Part shown: one piece after another, positions 55,900 to 64,000 of the stretch
Layout of the letters: the number at the start of each line of letters is the position of its first letter
Numbering within the stretch: the stretch's first letter is position 1
Assembly: GCA_013239625.1 (NCBI GenBank)
Contig: MU054187.1
Location: 1,611,964 to 1,675,963, forward strand
Direction: 5' to 3'
DNA length: 64,000 bases
DNA from: Lama guanicoe
Lineage: Eukaryota
Made by a program: the position numbers and the translations under genes
Notes under the pieces: model-generated
The model's input: the letters and a program-made list of their open reading frames with translations, nothing else
Databases searched by the model: none
Told to the model about the DNA's origin: nothing

Positions 55900-56917
55900 C
55901 TGACTATGTCCGATTAGAAATGAATGTTTATTCTATTTGTAATTCATGATAGTTATCGCCTTTCCAGTTACGAGTTTCTCATTTTTGTAGCATCCTGCTT
56001 CTTTTCTATTTAGAGTAGACCTGTCAATATTTCTTTTACATGGGTTTAGTGTTGCTAAACTCTTTCAGTTTTTGCTTGTCTGTGAAGTTCTTTATCTCTC
56101 CTATTCTAAAGGATAGCCTTGCTGGATAGAGTATCCTAGGCTGCATCTTTTTTTCATGCAGGACTTTGAATATATCTTGCCACTCACTTCTGGCCTATTG
56201 TGTAGAGAGCTGAGAGCCTTATGGGGGTTCCCTTGTAACTCACTCTATTTTTCTCTTGCTGCCTTTAGGGTCATTTCTTTATCCTTGACTCTGGCCATCT
56301 TGATTATGGTATGTCTTGGTGTGGGTCTGTTTGGGTTCTTCCTGTTTGGGAGCCTCTGAGCCTCCTATACTTGGGTGGGGGGGCCCAAGTTGTTCTGCTC
56401 TATATCCCCTCCCAGCCACGGCACACAGCCCCCTGCAGTCCCCCAGGGCTGCCTCAATGCAGCCGTCCCAGTCCTCCACCCGGCTCGGGCAGCCTGTTCC
56501 GGCTCCCAGCTGCCAGCTCGCGTCTCGGACTGGGTGTCACGGGGACCCTTTGTGCCCATTTAACTTATTTCTGTCAGTCAAGGGGTGCTCGGGGCAGATC
56601 TGAGCCTCGGAGGCTCCCCTTCCATCCCGCTGTCCTCTCCGTTGGAGGGGGGAGACCCAGCGAACGAGTGCCAGTCCTCCTCCGCCGCTTCCTCCCCGTG
56701 GGACCTGTCCCGCACTGTTTTGCCGTGTCTTCTTTCTTTTTTCCTTTTCTCCTACCAGATTTTTGGCGTCTTTGTCTTTCAAAGAGGGCGATGTTCTGTT
56801 GGAGTTCGACAGGTGCTCTGGTTGGCTGGGTGGGTCCGTAGATGTGAGTTTTGGTGGATTTGTGGGAGAGGGTGAGCTGGAAGCGTCCTTCTACTCCGCC
56901 GTCTTGCTTCTCCACCC
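55900..56917 (-). mobile_element. L1 5' fragment: 5'UTR joined to the 3' half of ORF1, no ORF2
   Basis: The minus strand begins ...CAAGACGGCGGAGTAGAAGGACG (L1 5' end, YY1-like site). From ~56372 it reads QV*EAQRLPNRKNPNRPTPRHTIIKMARVKDKEMTLKAARENRVSYKGTPIRLSA, matching ORF1p RRM/CTD. Confidence 0.88.
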
Positions 56918-57411
56918 GTGATTTGTTTCTGTAGAGATCTCTTTTATTCCATCTGACAATATATAAAAATATCAATGACATTTAAATGACTGAGTGTCTT
57001 AGGCCTCATTTCTAACTTTTTCAGAATTTACTTGACAATAAGTTATCTGATAACGGACTGCAGATTCCCACGTCTTTTCTTCTTTTCTGTTGACTTAGAC
57101 GTCTTGATGCTCAAGGAAAGCTGTGTAGACGGCCCCTTCGATCACCTAGATTGAGATATATTAAGATGACTTAACCTGTTGCATTTGCCTAACTGTCTAA
57201 TTGTATACTATGTAATATTAAATTGGCCAGATGGTTTTGAAAGGGACGTGTAATGTCCATTTTATTAATAAGTTAATTGATAGAGATGCAGTGAAAATAA
57301 AAGTAAGAGAGAAAGAAGGACACGTGCCAGCCACATTGAAGAGAAAATTTCATTTATGAGATGATCTGATAGACTGGGTCTTCTAATGTGCTGTGTTTGT
57401 GCTTCTCTGTC

Positions 57412-57531
57412 TTTTTTTTTGTTTTTTCCACTTTCTAAAAAACTAATTTTTTTCATGGAGGTGTTGAGGATTGAACCCAGGACCTCATCCATGCTAAGCA
57501 CAGACTATACCACTGAGCTATACCCACCTCC
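57412..57531 (-). mobile_element. tRNA-derived SINE, camelid vic-1-like
   Basis: Minus strand GGAGGTGGGTATAGCTCAGTGGTATAG...GGTCCTGGGTTCAATCCTCAACACCTCC has A and B boxes, an A-rich tail and a degenerate ~15-bp TSD (tgtgcttctctgtct / tatgcttctgtgttt). Confidence 0.85.
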
Positions 57532-59831
57532 TATGCTTCTGTGTTTTTATGTCATGGGACTAAGAAGTGGATGAATTCGATAACTTACTGCTATATCCTT
57601 TCCCATGGCTGATGCATTTATTTTGCAGTCACGACATAGCTTTGACTGCTTCACCGTGAGCAGCTGAAACAGTTGTTTAGTGACCTCACAGTTCTCTTCC
57701 CCGCTTTTTCCTGCCCTAGAACCTGTCTTCCCTCCACATACCAGATTTTGCCTCCCTCTTGAGTAAAGTGCAGTAAGTTAAAGTTATTTCCCTATGAGAA
57801 ATATTTACATTCTCTCTTAGCTTCAAATTGTGCAAAACGGGCTCCTTTCTGGAACTCAAATATGATTGTGTGGTTTTCTCTTTCATTAGAAAAACTGTTC
57901 AGGGAAGGAATTGCCCTAATAAGCTAAGCATGCATCACAGGTGAATATTTTACACTACTAACATAATGGTTAGATGAAGATATTATTTTATTGACGGAAA
58001 TAGCATTAAGATACTCTATTTCCATGAAAACTTTCAGCCTCTTCCTCTCCTCCTTCCTCCAAGTTTTCATCATCTTTGCTACCATGGGTATTCAGGTGCC
58101 AGCAAATAGAAGGAGGAAGTGATTCCACTTTCAGAGATCATTAATAATTAAGAGAAGAGAACTCTAACCCTCATGTTCCATCTGGATCCAGATCCATCTT
58201 CAGATTTTTTTTTTCTATCAAGGCTTATTCCATAGAGCTGCATCTAAGCAGACTTCTGTTACAAACTTGAAAAATAATGGCATGCAACCTTCGAATTTGG
58301 TAAGATTAATCTTTTATGAATGAATGAGAAGGAGAAAAATACTGGAAGGAGACCATTTCTGTATGTCCTACTCCTTGGCACCGTGAGGAACATATATGTA
58401 TATTTACAACATTCGTGCTAAGGGTGGGGGAGGCAGAGGGGAAAGGAGACAAAGACCATCCACACCCCGTGTTCTCCACTTAATACAGAAGCCGGATTAA
58501 TTGATTGTTCTTATCCTTTTGAATCACCTTTCCTGTATTACCTTGTTTTTAATGGCTCTTGTGTTCACGTTTAATTTGTGTTGCTGACAGGCATCTCCAA
58601 ATAGATTGTGAGAAGCCGAAAAAGGGCCGAGGGCCCTGCTCGTGGGAGGGGCTCAACCAAAAGGAGCGTCAAGTGGACTTTCCAGGCTTTAGAAGGCTCT
58701 GGGGGAGAGGAGACTGACACTAGAGTAAGTGCTGGATTCACTCATTCCCTCAACAGCTGTTTGTGAGGATGGAAGGTACCCTGGGCCTGAGAGGCACCGT
58801 GGGAAATGGAAGAGGCCCTTGTCTCCTCAGAGCTCAAATTTTCATGCAGCTCTGTGTAAAACGGGAGAGGAAGTCATGGGAGAATAGTGTAAGGAATGTT
58901 AGAAACGTGCATCACCTTCGAAGGCATTTGGTCAGCTCCTCATGCTTTTGAAGTGGACAGAGTATTAACTAGAACTTTGCAGCTGTAGTAGATTTAATCT
59001 TGATAAGACACTGGAAATTCTTCCAATAAAAGGAAATAGAAAAATTACCAACAAAAGGATTTCTTTTAGGAAAATAAGCATTTCTAATTTATTGTCTGCA
59101 GTAGTGATTTTAACTCTAAAAACTCTAAAATGAATATTCTTTTCAATCTATATAGATGCTTTTCCTTCATTAAAGTACAGCTTGTAAAACAAGATGCTTT
59201 GAAACTATACATAAAAATGTGTTTAAATTTCCATCTAACTGAATTTTAAATTAGTATTTTAAAGAATCTTAACATTTTAATGAACATTTTCTGAGAAACT
59301 ATGATAGATGTTGAAGATATAAAGCAAAATGTGACATAGTTGCTTTCTTAATAAACTTGTAGTCAAGTAATACAAGGAAGAAAGTGATGCACAATGTAAT
59401 AAAAAGGGTAAAAATTAGATGCTGTTTTTTCATAGAAGTGCTCCCTGACAGAAGGCAAATTTGAATCAAGGTCCAAAATGCAGACAGAATGTTTACATCA
59501 CAAAGATGATGAGAATGGTCCCTTTAAGACAGAGGAGTGGGTGAAGAAGATCGTTGACATGAATCCTTCATAGTGCGTCTTCTGAGAGCGGAGATTCATC
59601 TCTGATATCCAGAACCCAGTGCCAAGGGTTATTGGGGCGGAGCCTGGCAGGTAAACTGCCACCAGATTTGGGGTCATTAGATTCATGCAGCAACAAGGTG
59701 ACACGTTTGTCGTATTTATGTGCCATCAACTCTAGTGCCTTATATCAGGACCAGAAAGGATGCTGTACACGACCACTGCTGTGAGTTCATGCCATCGGGG
59801 AGTTTGCCTCAGGGAGTCATGGTATCAGCGA

Positions 59832-59834
<3 letters not shown>

Positions 59835-59890
<56 letters not shown>
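59835..59890. repeat. (GT)28 microsatellite
   Basis: Perfect GT dinucleotide run of 56 nt. Confidence 0.98.
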
Positions 59891-59893
<3 letters not shown>

Positions 59894-62149
59894 AGCCATG
59901 GCATTTGAATTCTGAAAGGAAGGTGATAGATTCCTTGGCCAATAAACCTGTCTTTATTGACCACATAATTGCACCACAGTGATGAGTCCAGGCACTGAAG
60001 TGGTAACTAGTGTTTATAGATTCTTCCTGCACCAAGTAGGTTGATAATTTTGAACACAGTAATTAGGAGGAATTGACTAGAACCAACTCGTCTTCAAATA
60101 TAGAGTGTTTCTAAAATCCCACTAAATAGAATCTTCTGCTAAAAATAGTACTAAAAATAGGGGTTGTGCCAACAAATCCCTTATTAGGATAGAACAGAGA
60201 ATTTAAATGAAAAATCCTAAAACAAAGCCTTGGACTAAATAATCATCAACACCGTTCCCTTTAGCAAAACATGCTGGGTAAATCAGAATGTGATTTACAT
60301 TCTGTGTTTTTTCAAAGAGATATTTACAGAGTCTGGTCTACCCCGGACGCTCTGGAAGAGTGTTCAGTGTAGCCCGACTTGAAGGTCATGGTTAAGTGAT
60401 GGAGGCAGCCCAACAGCACAGGTGCTTGGAACACACTGCTCCCACTGGCCCCCGCCCCCGCCAGGACCAGCTATAAATCCGCATGTAACGTGAGCGGTCT
60501 GTCAGCTCTCCTCCGCTGCCTGGTGCCTTCATGCTGCCTGAGGCTGTGTCTGGACCCTCCGTGGCCTCATCCACACCTTCCCCCACTGCGTAGACTTACA
60601 ACCCAAATTTTATCTGCTTCTCTAACACACGTCCTTTTGGACTCGGGACTAGAACCATGATGGAAAGAACTTATGATAAAGAAATTCATGCCAAGATGCT
60701 GCGTGTACCAAATCAGCTAGGTTTCCCACCTGGAGTTTTTCTTATTTGGACAACTCTTTTAAAAATCTAGAATTCTTACAAAGGAATTTACTAATGATGT
60801 TCTAATCACAGAGAACTGTGGCCTCATAAGTAAACTCTAGCTGAATGTTTAAGGAGAAGGATGCCTTGTTTCCTTAGCTTCCTTCTGTTTCTCAGTAGAA
60901 GGTTTAAAGTTGAACTACATCTCTGATACTAGTTTGCATTTCTGTTCTACATCGTTTCCTGTTCCCTTAATCTGCTCAGCAGGTAGCCGAGTCATGTGGC
61001 TCCTTGCCTTGTTGAAGAGGGGGAGCTGTTGGCAGGACAGAAAGGTGACTTTGCTTGCACAGTAACACCCCAAGGCCTCCCCAGACGGAAATGAAACAGA
61101 TGACTCTGGGTCCAGTGAGCAGCAAAACAAAACAAAAGCCTGTTTACCAAGCAGGGGGTGGAAACCGCAGGGGATGGATGCACAGTGTGGCTAGAGAGGC
61201 TGTGGACTTGGACTTTCCAGCTTCGCTGCATTTTCTCATGCCCTTGAGGTTGAATGGACTCAGCAGAAGCTCCGGAAGTGAAAGGTCTACGCCGGCTGGG
61301 ACAACGGGCATCTCCGCAGTAACCACTGTGGGCTGACGGCGCCTGGCCAGGAGAGCCTCCTTGGTGACTTCTCCTTGTACAGGAACCCAGAATCTGTGGT
61401 CATCCTGGAGATAGGAGACCTGAACGCAGAACCCAAATTAAATTTCTCACTTGTTCCACAGATTATGCATTCACACTCAAAATTTATCTAACTAGAGAAA
61501 ATGGACGCTATTGACGTGCGATCTAAACTTGTACAGCCTGCTGCAGTTCTAACTGCGTTCCCACATGCCACGAGAGGGTGTTACTGGAGAACTATCTGGC
61601 GGTCACATGTGCTCAGCCCCACGTGCTTAAGGTGACCGTACACCCTGGTCTGCCCATGACAGCCACACTTCATGACTGCTGTCCTGTGGTGATTACTAAT
61701 AGCATAGGCTCTCTTGTCCTCTCCAGTGTCCAGGTTTGGATGAGAACTTACGTGGCTCCCTGATACAAAACTCCTTCAACTACTGTCAGCCTGCACAGGC
61801 TGGCGTCTGCTGCTCTAACAGCACAAAACTGCAGTGGCTTCGCAGAACACACATTTGTCGGGTGAATTCCAGGCAGCCGTCCTCCGTGAGCTGGCTCAGC
61901 GTTCCAGAGACCACCAGACTAACATGTGCCTTCCACAACGGTCGCAGCGGGAGAAGGGAGCTCTCACAGTATCTTACGCCTGCAGGTCAACGGTCCAGCC
62001 TGCCGGCTGGGCTATTCATGCAACTCAATCTGCTGGCGGGGGTGGGGTGGTAGGTAATTTTCCCATTTTTCAAGAAGGAAGGAATATGAGTGTGAAAACT
62101 CTCACTGCTAGGTATTTGAACTAGAAGGTAAGGGGGCTATTTTCAAAAT

Positions 62150-62960
62150 TCCGGTTTCTGAAAGAGATTGTGTAAAATTGGTGTTAAATATTCTTTAAAC
62201 CAAAGTCTGGTAGGATTCTTTAGTGGAACCATCGGGGCCTGGAGATTTCTTTTCTCGGAGGTTTTTAATTTAAAATTCAACTTACTTAGTGATTATAGGG
62301 CTATCCAAACTTTCTAGTTCGTACTGGGTGAGTTGTAGTAGTTTCAGTTGAGTTGTCAGACTTACGTGTGTAGAATTCCTTCGTACTCCTTTGGCGTTGT
62401 TTCCGTGCATCCGGGATCTGTACCGACGTCCCGCTCTCCTTCCTGATGCTGGTAATTTGTATCTTCCCTCTTTTTCCTTTGTTAGTCTCCCCAGAGGTTT
62501 GTCCATTTTATTGATCTTTACAAGAAAACAATTTTTGTTTCATTCGTTTTCTCTATTTTTTGGTCTTTGATTTCATTCATTTCTGCCTCTGTCTTCATCA
62601 ACACCTTCCGCTTCGTTTGGATTTATTTTGCTATTTTCCTCGTACTTTGAGGAGACGGCTTAGATAATTTTTTTGGAACTTTCCTCTTTTCTAATGTAAG
62701 CGCTGTAATGCTATGAATTTTCCTTTTAGTGCTGCTTTGACTGTGTCCCACAAATTTTGATAAATTATGGGGGTTTTTTTCCATTCAGTTTAATGTGCTT
62801 TCTATTGCCCTTGGGGTTTCCCTCCTAATTTATGGACTGTTTGGAAGTGTATTTTTTAATTTCAAAGTTTGGAGGTTTTCCCTGTTATCTTTCTGTTACT
62901 GATTTCTAGTTTGATTCCATTGTACTCAAAGAGCATAGTCTGTATGACTTCTTTTAAATT
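62150..62960 (-). mobile_element. Old L1 ORF2 fragment
   Basis: T-rich plus strand with L1 antisense motifs; ORF 62282..62506 begins DKPLGRLTKEK, similar to ORF2p IDKPLARLTKKKRE. Confidence 0.8.
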
Positions 62961-62969
62961 TGTATAATA

Positions 62970-63960
62970 CATTCTGGGGCAAAATCTCTGTCACTGCGTG
63001 GTTCTGTGAAACTAGAAAACAAGTTATCTTCTCCCAAAATAGAATGGTGGGCAGGTCTAGGGTACCCCATTACTGACTTTCCACTTGCAAAAGGGAGAAA
63101 ATGGAAGGGAAAAAGGAGTTACTGGTCACAAGCAATTTAGAAATCCAAATGGCAAACTCCCAAGGTTTCAGGGCCTGGGGATAATCATCTGGGCTCACAG
63201 ATTCACCCTCCACATTCCTGATCTGTCCTCTGGGCTTGTAGTTCTGCCCTCTGGGTTCCTGGCTCCTTAGCTGGAAGTGTCCTTCCTCTCTTTATGAAAG
63301 GTAGCAGGTATTTGCAACTGAGTGCTTTTGTCAGCCTGTTTCCTGCCTGTAGAATTGGGAGTCTGACATCCTTGGCCTCCTTCTGTCAGTTTGTTCTGTC
63401 TTGATCATTCCAGTTCAGTTCTGTGTTTCTGCCAAGAACCTGGTGAGTCTCCCATGGGTGTCTTAGGGATTCACTGCATTGGATAAGAGGATTCTCTACA
63501 GATCAGTCCTGAGTAATCCCATTTCTTTCTTTCTTCTCTTTCTCTCTTTCTCTTTCTTTCTTTCTTATTGAAGTACCATCAGTGATAATGTGTCCAGCAG
63601 TTACATTGTGTACAGCACAATGTCCCAGTCATGCATGTACATACATATATTTGGTTTCATATTTTTTTTCATTAAAGGTCTGGATAATCCCATTCCTATT
63701 CCATGCTCATGCCTAGGTGGCTCAGGATGTCTGTGGGTCCAATATCCACTGCCTTCAAAAAGCCCCCTGTGTGCTTGAGCGCTCCGACCTTCGGTCCCTG
63801 CTGACGCACACCTGAGGGGTGCGCAGCTGCACTCTCGGCCTGCCCTCGGGGAGTGCCTTCCTGGCGGTCAGTCCCTTCACTTCAGCGTCTTTTGCAATCT
63901 GAACAGAATGAGTTTCCCAAACCAGCAAGCCCAGGCGCCTTTCTGTTCAACGGCTCTTCC
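62970..63960 (-). mobile_element. ERVL-MaLR internal (MLT-int-like) relic, interrupted by a short L1
   Basis: aaacaagttatcttctcccaaaatagaatggtgggcagg...aaaagggagaaaatgg resembles MaLR internal sequence; right boundary uncertain. Confidence 0.5.
63525..63679 (-). mobile_element. 5'-truncated L1 3' end with purine-rich tail and TSD
   Basis: (tttc)n tail then attgaagta...tgtacagcacaatgtcccagtcatgcatgtacatacatatat; flanked by ctgagtaatcccattt and ctggataatcccattc. Confidence 0.75.
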
Positions 63961-64000
63961 TTCAGTTGATCTCTTCCCTCGCGTTTTACTTCTGAGCGCC

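Noticed and set aside
57455..57531. Possible tRNA gene
   Set aside because: Degenerate stems, an A-rich tail and a TSD indicate a tRNA-derived SINE.
59495..59660. Exon-like stretch reading DDENGPFKTEEWVKKIVDMNPS with a downstream CAG|gtaaac
   Set aside because: An in-frame stop follows, there is no convincing acceptor, and I do not recognise the peptide. A tBLASTn search would be needed to revisit it.
61271..61280. Isolated ETS motifs CCGGAAGTG (also at ~5900)
   Set aside because: Single short motifs are expected by chance in 64 kb without supporting context.

Overview
This is mammalian genomic DNA, most likely from a camelid: it carries a vic-1-type tRNA-derived SINE and I saw no Alu, Bov-tA or PRE-1 elements. 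The window contains the complete coding region of PCMTD1 on the minus strand. The CDS is join(29905-29599, 18448-18346, 7571-7400, 5862-5739, 2908-2544), 1071 nt and 356 aa, with all introns GT-AG and phases consistent. A non-coding first exon lies in a CpG-island promoter at about 52.2-53.8 kb, which includes a 157-nt N gap, and a long 3'UTR runs towards the window start. The rest is intron and upstream DNA with L1, MIR/L2, MaLR and hAT-Charlie relics plus microsatellites. I found no second protein-coding gene, RNA gene, CRISPR array or prokaryote-like system, and I cannot claim a new biological system. The most interesting observations concern PCMTD1 regulation: a candidate dual-use (poison or alternative N-terminus) cassette exon and a second candidate poison exon in intron 3, a 33-bp STAT/MEIS-motif direct repeat 3.6 kb apart, an in-frame two-codon uORF, a candidate upstream first exon, a CpG-rich 3'UTR block, and a rearranged L1 whose 5'UTR points at the gene. 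Repeat subfamily names and boundaries were assigned by eye and are approximate.
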